DNA of 64,000 bases from an uncultured Alcaligenaceae bacterium. Its GTDB lineage: Bacteria > Planctomycetota > Planctomycetia > Gemmatales > Gemmataceae. The stretch spans positions 5,880 through 69,879 of the forward strand of contig CAYUHJ010000009.1 in the NCBI GenBank assembly GCA_964444365.1, read 5' to 3'. Below the pieces are notes generated by a model. That model had not been told where the DNA came from and made no database searches. It saw only the letters and a program-made list of their open reading frames with translations. Position numbers and translations under genes: made by a program. How positions within the stretch are numbered: the first letter of the stretch is position 1; the number at the start of each line of letters is the position of its first letter. Shown here one piece after another: positions 1 to 8,755 of this stretch.

Positions 1-536
1 CGGTCGTCCTCGACTTCGGCACCAGCGTCGTCGCGGAAGGGAAGGTGCGCGGCTACTTCCAGAAGAACGAACCGACGCCCGAGGGCTGGCTCCTCGATTC
101 GACCGGCAAGCCGACCACGAACGCGGGCGTACTCTACAACGACCCCCGCGGCACGATCCTCCCCTTCGGCGGGCAGCAAACCTACAAGGGGTTCGGCCTC
201 GGGTTGCTCATCGACCTGCTCACCGGCGGGCTCAGCGGCGGCCGGTGCAGCAACCCCGGCGACGCTCTCGCCGGCATCGGCAACGCCGTCGTGTTCACCG
301 TCTACGACCCCGCCGCGTTCGGGGGAACCGACTGCTTCCTGGCCCAAACCGACGGGCTGACGGGGTACGTCCGCGGCTGCCCACCGTCCGATCCGACGAA
401 GCCGATCACCCTTCCCGGCGACCCCGAACGGGCGATGAAGTCGGCCCGGCTCGCGGCAGGCATCGCCATCCCGGACGGAACATGGACGCTGATCCAGAAG
501 ACGGCCCAGGAACTGAGCGTCAGCGAACCAAAGTAA
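1..536 (+). CDS. Ldh_2 family (malate/L-lactate/ureidoglycolate-type) dehydrogenase, C-terminal part; the 5' end lies outside the window
   Basis: Frame 3 is open from the window edge to TAA at 534-536. The translation ...VVLDFGTSVVAEGKVRGYFQKNEPTPEGWLLDSTGKPTTN...LPFGGQQTYKGFGLGLLIDLLTGGLSG resembles the C-terminal half of Ldh_2 enzymes (recognised from memory). Confidence 0.6.
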   Translation, partial: VVLDFGTSVVAEGKVRGYFQKNEPTPEGWLLDSTGKPTTNAGVLYNDPRGTILPFGGQQTYKGFGLGLLIDLLTGGLSGGRCSNPGDALAGIGNAVVFTVYDPAAFGGTDCFLAQTDGLTGYVRGCPPSDPTKPITLPGDPERAMKSARLAAGIAIPDGTWTLIQKTAQELSVSEPK

Positions 537-541
537 GATTT

Positions 542-706
542 CACCACAAAGGCACAAAGATCCACAAAGGAACACAGAGAAGAGTTTTGACAGGATTAAC
601 AGGATGCTCAGGATTTGATTTTCATCCTGTTGATCCTGTTAATCCTGTCACAAATTCTGCATGGATCTCTTTGTGGCCCTTTGTGTGATCTTTGTGCCTT
701 TGTGGT
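542..706. repeat. Low-GC composite palindrome built from CACAAAG/CTTTGTG heptamer arrays plus a nested perfect 17-bp inverted repeat
   Basis: Outer arms 542-570 (caccacaaaggcacaaagatccacaaagg) and 678-706 are reverse complements with one internal mismatch. Inner arms 589-605 (gacaggattaacaggat) and 633-649 (atcctgttaatcctgtc) are perfect. CACAAAG starts at 545, 553 and 563; CTTTGTG starts at 669, 679, 690 and 698. The surrounding DNA is far more GC-rich. Confidence 0.85.
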
Positions 707-734
707 AAAACGGTTTTCATTCTGGAGCCATTCC

Positions 735-2084
735 ATGTTCGCCGACCGTTACGCCGCGACGTTCCCGAAGTCCCGCGAACGCTTCGCCGCCGCGAAGGAA
801 TGCTTCCCCAACGGCGTGACCCACGACATCCGCACGATGTCGCCGTTCCCCGTGTTCGTCGACCGCGCCTGCGGCGCGACGAAGCACACCATCGACGGCG
901 TCGAACTGATCGACTACTTCACCGGCCACGGCTCGCTCATTCTCGGGCACTCGCCGCCGGACTTCGTCGCGGCCGTGCAGGCGCAGATGGCGAAGGGGAC
1001 GCACTACGGTTCTAGCCACGATCTCGAAGTCGAGTGGGCGGGCTGGGTGAAGAAGCTCATCCCGTCCGCAGAGAAACTGCGGTTCACCGGCAGCGGCACC
1101 GAGGCGACGCTGATGGCCCTGCGGCTCGCCCGCATCCACACGGGAAAGCCCAAGTTCCTGCGGTTCCTCGGCCACTTCCACGGCTGGCACGACGCCGTCA
1201 CCGTCGGCTCCGACCCGCCCTACGAGACGCTGCCCGTGGTGGGGATTCCGGACGAAGTTGCGTCGCTGGCGGTACCGGTGCGGCCGAACGACTTGAACCT
1301 CGTCGAAGACGCGCTGCGGAAGAACGACCCGATCGGGGCCGTCATTCTCGAACCGACCGGCGGCCACTGGGGCGGCGTGCCGATCCGCGGTGAGTTCTTG
1401 AAGGGGCTGCGCGAAATCACGACTCGCCTCGGCCGGGTGCTGATCTTCGACGAAGTCATCACCGGCTTCCGCGTCTCCCCCGGCGGGGCCCAGGCCTCCT
1501 ACGGCGTCACCCCGGACCTGACTTCTCTGGCGAAGATTCTCGCGGGCGGGCTGCCCGGCGGCTGCCTCGCGGGGAAGGCGGACATCCTCGCGCACATCGA
1601 GTTCCGCCCCGGCAAGCCGCGGATGCGGCACCCCGGCACCTACAACGGCAACCCGCTCTCGGCCGCCGCCGGCATCGCCACGTTGACGCAAGTCGCCACC
1701 GGTGAGCCCACCGCCGCCGCAAACCGTGCCGGCCGGGAACTGCGGAACCGACTCAACTCGCTGTTCGAGCAAAAGAACTGGCCGTGGGTCGCGTATGGGG
1801 ACTTCTCCACCCTCCGCGTGTTGCCCGGCTACACCGGCCCCCGCCCGCGGACGGACGCCGGGGACCACGACGGCCTCGTCCCGTACCACGGCGACCTGAA
1901 CCGGCTCGACGGCGTCAAGGACGGCCACCTCGTCACCACGTTCCGGCAGGGGATGCTGCTCAACGGCGTCGACTGCCCCGGCCTGGGATTCTGGCTGAGC
2001 CGCTGTCACGCGGATGAGGCCGTGTTGACCCGGACCGTGGCGGCGGTCGAGGCGACGGTCGGGGAACTCCAGTCCCGGACGTGA
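735..2084 (+). CDS. Class III PLP-dependent aminotransferase (glutamate-1-semialdehyde aminomutase-like)
   Basis: ORF 615..2084, trimmed to the ATG at 735 (MFADRYAAT...) because the upstream residues are translated palindrome. Motifs seen: FTGSGTEATLMALRLAR, IFDEVITGFR and TSLAKILAGGLPGG (PLP-lysine context). Confidence 0.8.
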   Translation: MFADRYAATFPKSRERFAAAKECFPNGVTHDIRTMSPFPVFVDRACGATKHTIDGVELIDYFTGHGSLILGHSPPDFVAAVQAQMAKGTHYGSSHDLEVEWAGWVKKLIPSAEKLRFTGSGTEATLMALRLARIHTGKPKFLRFLGHFHGWHDAVTVGSDPPYETLPVVGIPDEVASLAVPVRPNDLNLVEDALRKNDPIGAVILEPTGGHWGGVPIRGEFLKGLREITTRLGRVLIFDEVITGFRVSPGGAQASYGVTPDLTSLAKILAGGLPGGCLAGKADILAHIEFRPGKPRMRHPGTYNGNPLSAAAGIATLTQVATGEPTAAANRAGRELRNRLNSLFEQKNWPWVAYGDFSTLRVLPGYTGPRPRTDAGDHDGLVPYHGDLNRLDGVKDGHLVTTFRQGMLLNGVDCPGLGFWLSRCHADEAVLTRTVAAVEATVGELQSRT

Positions 2085-2219
2085 ACGGAACGCCGCGAAC
2101 TTGCGTGCCGGCCGTTCGCGTCCTAGATTTGTTCCACTCGCGGCTCGCTCCGTCCCATCGCCCCCGCGGATTCGCTCGCGGTCACCACAACCCGTTCGCC
2201 CCTCTCCCGAGGCCTCGCC

Positions 2220-4595
2220 GTGCCGCACCCGCGTCGACCTTTCGCGGCGCTGCTGCGCCTGTGCCCGCTCGAAGAGCGCGTGACCCCGACGATCCTCGGG
2301 AACCCGGTGTTCCCGGCGGACAACCCGTGGAACCAGAAGATCGTCAACGCCCCGGTCGCGGCGAACTCCGCGGCGATCATCGCGAACATCATCGCGAACC
2401 AGGGCAGCGACGGCCGGCTCCACCCGGACTTCGGCGAAGCCTCGACCGGCAGCGGCGCGCCGCTGTACGGCATCCCGTACAACGTGGTTCGCGGCAACGT
2501 GCAGCCGTTCGTGCCGATCACGATCGATGCGTACCCGTCCCAGAGCGACCTGGTCGACGCCCCGATCCCTCTGAACGCCCGGCTGGAAGGCGACTTCCAG
2601 AACGGCCCGAACCCCACCCGCGGCTACGGGTCCGGCGGCCGGGGCGACTCGCACCTGATCGTGTACGACGCGGACAACAACATCCTGTACGAGTTCTTCA
2701 ACGCCTCCCGGCCGTCGGAGAACGGCGACGGCCGGTGGCACGCGGACTCGCAGGCGGTGTGGGACTTGAACCAGAACTCGTTCCGGCCGCTGGGCTGGAC
2801 CTCGGCGGACGCCGCGGGGCTGCCGATCCTGGCGGGGGTGGTGCGGCCGGACGAGATCGCCGCCGGGGTCATCACCCACCCGATCCGGATGACGCTGCGG
2901 AACGCGCTCATCTTGAACGATTACGTCTTCCCCGCGTCCCACACGGCGAACCCGGGGAACACCAACGCCGCGATCCAGCCGCCGATGGGGGCGCGGTTCC
3001 GCCTCAAGGCGAGCGTCGACATCTCCGGGCTCGACCCGCAGTCCCGCATCGTCGCGCAGGCGATGAAGGACTACGGCCTGATCGTCGCGGACAACGGCAG
3101 CAACTTCTTCTTCACCGGCGCGAGCTACTCCGTCGACGCGACCAACGCCGTCACCGGGACGTGGGACGACAGCGACGTCCAGTCCACGAGCAACGGGCTG
3201 AAGAGCCTGAATTTCAGCGACTTCGAGGTCGTCGACCTGACCCCGGTCGTGACCGGCGTGACCGCGAACTTCGGCCCGCCCGCCGGCGGGAACACGGTCG
3301 TCATCTCCGGGCTGAACTTCTCCGGGGCCGCCGGCGACCTGCACGTCTTCTTCGGCGCAGTCGAGGCGACCGTCGTCGCGATCAACTCGGACTCCCAACT
3401 CACGGTCATCGCCCCGGCCCAGGCCGCGGGGCTGGTCGACGTCCGGGTGCGGGCCGGCAGCGTCAAGCCGAACGGCGACCCGCCGCCCGCGACCGTGTTC
3501 TTCGGGTACGGCACGTCCGCGGTGTCGGCGGCGAGCCGGTACAACTACGGAACTGCCCCGCCGCCCCCGGTCGGCCCCGGCGGCGGCCCGGCGATCAACC
3601 TGTTCGCCGCCGGCGCGGACGCCGGCGGAAGTGGGGCGGTCGTCTACAACAACGACGGGTCGACGCGGTTCACGCTCGACCCGTTCCCCGGCTTCACCGG
3701 CGGGGTCCGCGTGGCGACCGGGGACGTGACCGGCGACGGGGTCGACGACCTGATCTTCGGCACCGGCCCCGGCGGCCCGCCGCGGGTCGCCGTGTTCGAC
3801 GGTGGGACGCAGGCGAAACGCCTCGAATTCCTCGCGTTCGAGTCCACATTCACCGGCGGGGTCTACGTCGCGGCCGGGGACTTCGACCGGGACGGCAAGG
3901 CGGACGTCGTCGTCACCCCGGACGAGGGCGGCGGGCCGGTGGTGGCGGTGTTCCGGGGCAGTGCGTTGGCGTCCGGAGACGTGGTCGAACTGGTGCGGTT
4001 CCTCGGCATCGACGACCCGAACTTCCGCGGCGGGGCCCGGGCCGCCGTGGGCGACGTGAACGGCGACGGCGTACCGGACATCGTCGTGAGCGCTGGGTTC
4101 CTCGGCGGGCCGCGGATCAGCATCTGGGACGGCACGACCGTTGCCGCGGGGACGAAGCCGACGACGCCCCTGGCGAACTTCTTCGCGTTCGAGGACACGC
4201 TCCGCAACGGCACGTTCGTCGCGGCCGGGGACGTGACCGGGGACGGGAAGGCGGACCTGATACTCGGCGGCGGGCCGGGCGGCGGGCCGCGGGTGCGGAT
4301 CGCGGACGCGGCGAAACTGCTGGCGGCCGGCAACTTCGGGTCGCTGGACGCCCGGCTCGACCTCGGCGTGGCGAACTTCTTCTCCGGCGACGATTCCGAC
4401 CGCGGCGGCGTCCGGCTCGCGGTCGCGGACCTCGACGGCGACGCCCGGGCCGATGTCGTGACCGGCGACGGGCCGGGGGGCGGTAGCGACGTGCGGGCCT
4501 ACCTCGGCACCGGCCTTTCTCAACCGACGCCGCCGGAAGCGTTCGGGCTCGACCCGTTCCCGCCGGCGTTCCGCGGCGGCGTGTTCGTCGGGTGA
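2220..4595 (+). CDS. Large secreted-type protein: conserved N-terminal domain, one IPT/TIG domain and about six FG-GAP (integrin-alpha-like) repeats
   Basis: IPT-like segment: VVTGVTANFGPPAGGNTVVISGLNFSG...VFFGAVEATVVAINSDSQLTVIAP. Repeated FG-GAP units: GDVTGDGVDDLIFGTGPGGPPRV, GDFDRDGKADVVVTP, GDVNGDGVPDIVVSA, GDVTGDGKADLILGGGPGGGPRV, ADLDGDARADVVTGDGPGGG. The start is a GTG at 2220 with no clear signal peptide, so the 5' end is uncertain. Confidence 0.75.
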   Translation: MPHPRRPFAALLRLCPLEERVTPTILGNPVFPADNPWNQKIVNAPVAANSAAIIANIIANQGSDGRLHPDFGEASTGSGAPLYGIPYNVVRGNVQPFVPITIDAYPSQSDLVDAPIPLNARLEGDFQNGPNPTRGYGSGGRGDSHLIVYDADNNILYEFFNASRPSENGDGRWHADSQAVWDLNQNSFRPLGWTSADAAGLPILAGVVRPDEIAAGVITHPIRMTLRNALILNDYVFPASHTANPGNTNAAIQPPMGARFRLKASVDISGLDPQSRIVAQAMKDYGLIVADNGSNFFFTGASYSVDATNAVTGTWDDSDVQSTSNGLKSLNFSDFEVVDLTPVVTGVTANFGPPAGGNTVVISGLNFSGAAGDLHVFFGAVEATVVAINSDSQLTVIAPAQAAGLVDVRVRAGSVKPNGDPPPATVFFGYGTSAVSAASRYNYGTAPPPPVGPGGGPAINLFAAGADAGGSGAVVYNNDGSTRFTLDPFPGFTGGVRVATGDVTGDGVDDLIFGTGPGGPPRVAVFDGGTQAKRLEFLAFESTFTGGVYVAAGDFDRDGKADVVVTPDEGGGPVVAVFRGSALASGDVVELVRFLGIDDPNFRGGARAAVGDVNGDGVPDIVVSAGFLGGPRISIWDGTTVAAGTKPTTPLANFFAFEDTLRNGTFVAAGDVTGDGKADLILGGGPGGGPRVRIADAAKLLAAGNFGSLDARLDLGVANFFSGDDSDRGGVRLAVADLDGDARADVVTGDGPGGGSDVRAYLGTGLSQPTPPEAFGLDPFPPAFRGGVFVG

Positions 4596-4604
4596 TCGCG
4601 CGGC

Positions 4605-5312
4605 TCAGATGCCCCACTTTTTCGACAACGGAACGCGCCGGCGGGCGTCGGCGGCGAGCCGCTTCGCGTAGCCCGTCGCCCACCCCGCCGGGAGGCCGAA
4701 CCGCGCCGTCAACGCCTCGAACATCTCGGATTCGGTACTCGCGGCGGCCTGCACTTCTTCCCGGCCGGCCAGCAGTTCGAGCCCGAGTTCGCTCGCGGAT
4801 CGTTCGGAGCGATCGTGCGAGTCGGGGTCGAACCCGCGGTGAAGGACGTGGACGGCGACGCCGACCCGCACCCCGGCGAGCCAGCCGGCGGCCTCCTCCG
4901 CGAACGTCGGCGGGCGGTCGCCGTCGAGGACGGGAAGGACCGCGTCCCCGAGGCGGCGGACGACCCGCTCGCGGGGGACGAGGTACTCCGCCAGGAAGTG
5001 CCCGAGTTCGTGGGCGACGATCACCCGTCGGTCGGCTTCGGGCAGGTTCGCGTCGACGAAGATGCCGCCGCTGCCGCGGTGGGCGACGACGCAGCCGAGC
5101 AGGGGGCGGTCGGTCTCGGTTCCGGGGGGGAGTGTCAAGCCGCGGTTCGCGAACCACTCGCGGACGCGGTGCGACGTGACGGCGGGCGTGGCTCGCACCC
5201 AGACGGGGCACGCGGCGGCCGCGGCGACCGCCAGGTTCCGGGGCGGGGCCGGGCGGCCGCCGGCGCGGTCCCAGAACCCGGCCGCGATCCGCTCACGCTG
5301 GGTCGGGGTCAT
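4605..5312 (-). CDS. ImmA/IrrE-family zinc metallopeptidase (COG2856-like)
   Basis: HEXXH motif in RRVIVAHELGHFLAEYLVP. I chose the ATG at 5312 (MTPTQRERIAAGFW) rather than the ORF-track start at 5369. The CDS overlaps the 3' end of the upstream HTH gene by 20 nt. Confidence 0.7.
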   Translation of the reverse strand: MTPTQRERIAAGFWDRAGGRPAPPRNLAVAAAAACPVWVRATPAVTSHRVREWFANRGLTLPPGTETDRPLLGCVVAHRGSGGIFVDANLPEADRRVIVAHELGHFLAEYLVPRERVVRRLGDAVLPVLDGDRPPTFAEEAAGWLAGVRVGVAVHVLHRGFDPDSHDRSERSASELGLELLAGREEVQAAASTESEMFEALTARFGLPAGWATGYAKRLAADARRRVPLSKKWGI

Positions 5313-5688
5313 CGGCGTCCCCCGGCGGCGGCTGGTCCGCGTCGTGCGCCGCGACGAGCCACCCCGCATCGGACGGAGACCGACTCCCCGACGGATTCGC
5401 CCACGCGGAAAGCGACTGTTCCTGCCGGAGCACGTTGACCAGCACCGACCCGTCGACCCCGCACCGGTTCGCGATCATCGCTGAGTCTGCCGCAAACGCC
5501 TCCGGCCGCGGGGTGGCGCACAGCGCCACCAGGGCCAGCCCGCGGGCGTCGGTCCGCAACTTCGCGGCGAGTTCGTCCGCGGACAGCCCCTCGGTTTCCC
5601 GGTGCCTCGCGAGCCAGAACCCGATCGTGTCGGGGTCGGCCGCGGTCACGCGAACCGCCGCAGCGTTCAACCGGTCGCGGGGCGTCAT
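5293..5688 (-). CDS. XRE-type helix-turn-helix protein (ImmR/CapH-like partner of the protease)
   Basis: The internal ATG at 5688 gives MTPRDRLNAAAV...IGFWLARHRETEGLSADELAAKLRTDARGLALVA, a typical XRE HTH. The ATG overlaps the TGA of the upstream gene (ATGA at 5685-5688). Confidence 0.6.
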   Translation of the reverse strand: MTPRDRLNAAAVRVTAADPDTIGFWLARHRETEGLSADELAAKLRTDARGLALVALCATPRPEAFAADSAMIANRCGVDGSVLVNVLRQEQSLSAWANPSGSRSPSDAGWLVAAHDADQPPPGDADDPDPA

Positions 5689-6197
5689 GCGCGGTCCTCC
5701 TCCTGTCGGTCGCGTTCCCGCTTGATGCGCTGGCGGAACCGGGCCAGAACCCGAACCGCTTCCTCCCGTTCGATTCCGAGCCTCGACGCGAGTTCGGCCG
5801 GGTCCGTGACGCCGCTCAGCCAGACGTCGAGTGCCCGGCGTTCGTCGTCCGTGGCCGCGATGCTCTCCCGACAGGTGGCGGCAAGTTCTCGGACTTCGAC
5901 CACCTCCAGCGGGGAAGGGGCCGCCGCAAGGTCGGTTGTGACGGATTTTTCTTCCCGCCGTTTTCGCCGGGTCTGGCTGCGAAGGAACACCCGCAGCCGG
6001 TCGCGGGCGTGCCGGGCCATCGCCCACTCGCAAGCGTCCCCGCCCGGCTTCGCGGCCGCCAGCACCGCTTCAACGACCGCGTCCGCGATCACTTGCGGGT
6101 CGACACCGCGGTACCGGCCGGCGAGCCGGGCTTCGAGCGCGTCCGAGTGGCGCTCGTACAGGGCGGCGGCGAGGGTGGGGTCGAACGCGGGCGGCAT
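5685..6197 (-). CDS. Small degenerate sigma-70/ECF-like protein (region 2-like N-terminus, region 4-like HTH)
   Basis: LYERHSDALEARLAGRYRGVDPQVIADAVVEAVL resembles sigma region 2. DERRALDVWLSGVTDPAELASRLGIEREEAVRVLARFRQRIKR resembles region 4. The assignment is by eye only. Confidence 0.5.
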   Translation of the reverse strand: MPPAFDPTLAAALYERHSDALEARLAGRYRGVDPQVIADAVVEAVLAAAKPGGDACEWAMARHARDRLRVFLRSQTRRKRREEKSVTTDLAAAPSPLEVVEVRELAATCRESIAATDDERRALDVWLSGVTDPAELASRLGIEREEAVRVLARFRQRIKRERDRQEEDRA

Positions 6198-6206
6198 GGG
6201 GGCAGT

Positions 6207-6821
6207 TTACCCGCCGGGACCGCGGGGGAAACGCTCATTCAGCCATTTGCGGAAGTTGATCGCCTCGATGGGGAACGTCGCATCCGCGACCGCCATGGGG
6301 AAGTACGCATCCACCCACCCGCGTGCGGCTGCATCGGGCCACGGCGTTCCGGGGGGGATGTCGGTGGATTTGAGCAGGATCAGGCGGGCGTTCGCGACCT
6401 TCGCGGCGAGGGCGGCAATCGAGTCGGTGGTGAACTCCCAGGTGTGGGGAACGGGGCCGAACCGCTCTTGGAAGTCATCGACGAATGTGGACGAATCCAG
6501 CATGACCGGGAACTGGTACTCGGATTTCCACCAATCCAGTCGAACGGTGAGGCTGAAAGGACCGCGGAAAGTGATGTGCCCGAGAAAGGATGTTGCAATC
6601 TCAAGAGTCCGCATCGCAAGACCGTGTGAGATCTTTTCTCCCAGACTGTGCCTGGCATCCAGTTCTCGAACCGCATCGGCGAACGGGCCACCGCCAGCGA
6701 CGGTCAGCGACTTCGCAGGAAGTAAGTCGTCGAGGAAGAGTCGAAGTCCTTCCCCCAGCCGCGGGTGGTCGTACAGGCTCCCCCCGACCTTCACCACGAC
6801 GAGATTCGGCGGCGCGCTCAT
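6207..6821 (-). CDS. Amino-acid-kinase (AAK) fold family protein
   Basis: N-terminal LVVVKVGGSL glycine motif typical of the aspartate/glutamate/uridylate kinase fold. It lies 9 nt upstream of the sigma-like gene on the same strand. Confidence 0.55.
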   Translation of the reverse strand: MSAPPNLVVVKVGGSLYDHPRLGEGLRLFLDDLLPAKSLTVAGGGPFADAVRELDARHSLGEKISHGLAMRTLEIATSFLGHITFRGPFSLTVRLDWWKSEYQFPVMLDSSTFVDDFQERFGPVPHTWEFTTDSIAALAAKVANARLILLKSTDIPPGTPWPDAAARGWVDAYFPMAVADATFPIEAINFRKWLNERFPRGPGG

Positions 6822-6880
6822 CCCGTGACTTTACACCCGCCGATGCCAAACGGCCCGCCGCGGCGGACAATGGCGGGATC

Positions 6881-8701
6881 ATGAGTTCTTCTCCGCCCGC
6901 GCTTATCGGTTCCTGGCTCCCCTGGCGTTCGGCGGCGGTCGGCTGGACCGTCGCGGTCGCCCTCGTCGTCGCGGGGGTGCCGCCGTTCCTCCGCATGCCC
7001 CCGTGGTGCGACATCACGCTGTACGACGTCGCCACCCGCACCGTGCTCGACGGCGGGATGCACTACCGCGACATCTTTGACACGAACCTGCCGGGCTTCA
7101 TCTGGCTGCTGTGCGTCATCCGCTCCGTGTTCGGGTGGTCGACGGAAGTCCTCCGCGCCGCGGACCTGCTCATCGTCGGCTCGGCGGTGTACCTGCTCGC
7201 GAAGTTGGCCCGGAGCGGCGGGGCGACCCCGTCGTCGGTCGCCTGGATGGTCGCGGGCACGGCCGGGTTTTACCTCTATGCCAGCGAAATGTGTCACGCC
7301 CAGCGCGACGTCTGGATGGTCCTCCCCGTCGCGGCGGCGGTCACGCTGCGGCTCTCGCGGCTCGGCCTGGAACCGGGGAACCGCTTCCGCTCGGCCGTCG
7401 CGGAAGGGGCACTCTGGGGGGCGGCGGTGTGGCTGAAGCCGCACGTCGTCGTCATTGCGGCGGTGATGTGGCTCGTCACCGCCCGGCGAGTGGCGGCAGG
7501 TTCACGGCGTGCAGCCGGTGCCGATCTACTCGGCTGCGTGGTCGGCGGGGCGGGCGTCGGGTTGCTCGGCGTGTCGTGGATGGTGGCCACCGGGACGTGG
7601 GCCGCGTTCGTCGAGGTGTTCGGGACGTGGAACCCGTACTACGTCGCAAAAACCGGGGAGGAACTCGACCTGCGGCTCGCCGCCGAGTTTTCGTACTTCC
7701 CCATGTGGAGCCAGATGAACGCCCTCGGCCTGATCCTTGCGGTCCTGGCAGTGCTCGACGGCCGGCTCTTCTCGCGTGCGGGAACCGAGGCACCGGGGCC
7801 GGTCGGCCAGTTCACGCACGGCTGGGTGTTCTCGTCCGCCGACACGGACGACGAGCGGTACCGGCGGGCGGTGCTGGCGATGCTCTACCTGTCCTGGGCG
7901 GTGCAGGCGGCCGTGACGCAGCGGGGCTACCACTACGTTCACGTCCCGGAAATGCTGCTGATGTTCGCGGTCGTGGCGTCCGTCCGCTGGGCGGCCCCGG
8001 CGTTCTTCCTCGGCTGGATGGTCGCGAACTCCCTGGTCTACCTCGCCACCGACACGCCGTTCCCCGGCACCGGTCGGCTCGGCGTGCCGCGGGACGGCAA
8101 GATCTTGCGGGCGGACTTCTACATCGGCCACCCCGCGCTCGACCCCGAACGCGCCAGGTGGTGGGCGGCGTGCTTCCGCGCCGGGCTCCCGACGCCCGAG
8201 TACATGGCCCGGCGGGACGCCGTCGGGTTCGACAAGGACTTCACCGCGGGCATCGCCTGGGAAGAACTCGCCGAGTGCGCGGAGTTCCTGAAGACGGTGC
8301 AACCCCCGCTCCGAGACGGCGAACTGATGTGCTGGCACGACACGCCGCACGCCCTGTACCTGATGCTCGGCGTGAAGCCCGCGTTCCGGTTCATGCACGT
8401 CACGACGATCAGCAGCCTGGACGACCAGACGTTTCTGTGGCTGCAAGCCGAGGCGAAAGAAGCATCCGGAAAGGCCCGCTACGCCGTCAGCGACCTGGAA
8501 CGGGTCGGGCACCTGTACCCGCGGGACCAAAAAGCGCTATTGTGGAAATCCGGCCCCGACCTGTTCCCGCCGCGGCTGCCGCAGGAAGCCCGAAAAGTGT
8601 TCCCGATGGACCAACCCGCCGTTTTCCGCAGCCGCAACGGAACGGGTCGGTACATCGTGCATCGCGTCACGCATCCGTCCGAGCACTTCAATATTCCGTG
8701 A
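6881..8701 (+). CDS. Polytopic membrane protein, GT-C-type glycosyltransferase-like, with a soluble C-terminal domain
   Basis: ORF 6590..8701, trimmed to the ATG at 6881 (MSSSPPALIGSWLPW...). There are many hydrophobic helices and an acidic first-loop motif (CDITLYDV) as in GT-C enzymes. The family assignment is tentative. Confidence 0.45.
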   Translation: MSSSPPALIGSWLPWRSAAVGWTVAVALVVAGVPPFLRMPPWCDITLYDVATRTVLDGGMHYRDIFDTNLPGFIWLLCVIRSVFGWSTEVLRAADLLIVGSAVYLLAKLARSGGATPSSVAWMVAGTAGFYLYASEMCHAQRDVWMVLPVAAAVTLRLSRLGLEPGNRFRSAVAEGALWGAAVWLKPHVVVIAAVMWLVTARRVAAGSRRAAGADLLGCVVGGAGVGLLGVSWMVATGTWAAFVEVFGTWNPYYVAKTGEELDLRLAAEFSYFPMWSQMNALGLILAVLAVLDGRLFSRAGTEAPGPVGQFTHGWVFSSADTDDERYRRAVLAMLYLSWAVQAAVTQRGYHYVHVPEMLLMFAVVASVRWAAPAFFLGWMVANSLVYLATDTPFPGTGRLGVPRDGKILRADFYIGHPALDPERARWWAACFRAGLPTPEYMARRDAVGFDKDFTAGIAWEELAECAEFLKTVQPPLRDGELMCWHDTPHALYLMLGVKPAFRFMHVTTISSLDDQTFLWLQAEAKEASGKARYAVSDLERVGHLYPRDQKALLWKSGPDLFPPRLPQEARKVFPMDQPAVFRSRNGTGRYIVHRVTHPSEHFNIP

Positions 8702-8755
8702 TGGCCGGGGGAACGAGGCGGAGGAACGCGGGTCGCCCGCGCGTTCGTCCTGTCG

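Noticed and set aside
615-734. N-terminal extensions given by the ORF track. Examples: 615 for the aminotransferase; 6590 for the membrane protein; 27543 for DUF1501; 24763 for Uma2; 51913 for the PPC protein; 60375 for the TIM-barrel protein; 61782 for the kinase.
   Set aside because: The extensions translate repeat or intergenic sequence, or overlap neighbouring genes. Internal ATG/GTG codons give proper signal peptides or family-typical N-termini.
717-4523. 1268-aa minus-strand ORF spanning the aminotransferase and FG-GAP genes. Similar giants: 2081..4486 (+), 7111..9207 (+), 15478..17949 (+), 24977..27016 (-), 25600..28218 (+), 27023..29434 (-), 37212..39830 (+), 42476..45757 (+), 58657..60558 (+).
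   Set aside because: Their translations are monotonous Arg/Pro/Gly/Ala-rich text without recognisable motifs. They overlap, in another frame or on the other strand, genes with clear family signatures. Long stop-free shadow frames are expected in DNA this GC-rich.
4605-6197. Interpreting the HTH/ImmA cassette as a prophage or ICE immunity region.
   Set aside because: There is no integrase, recombinase, phage structural gene or conjugation gene. No att-like repeat or compositional break is visible in the flanking 10 kb.
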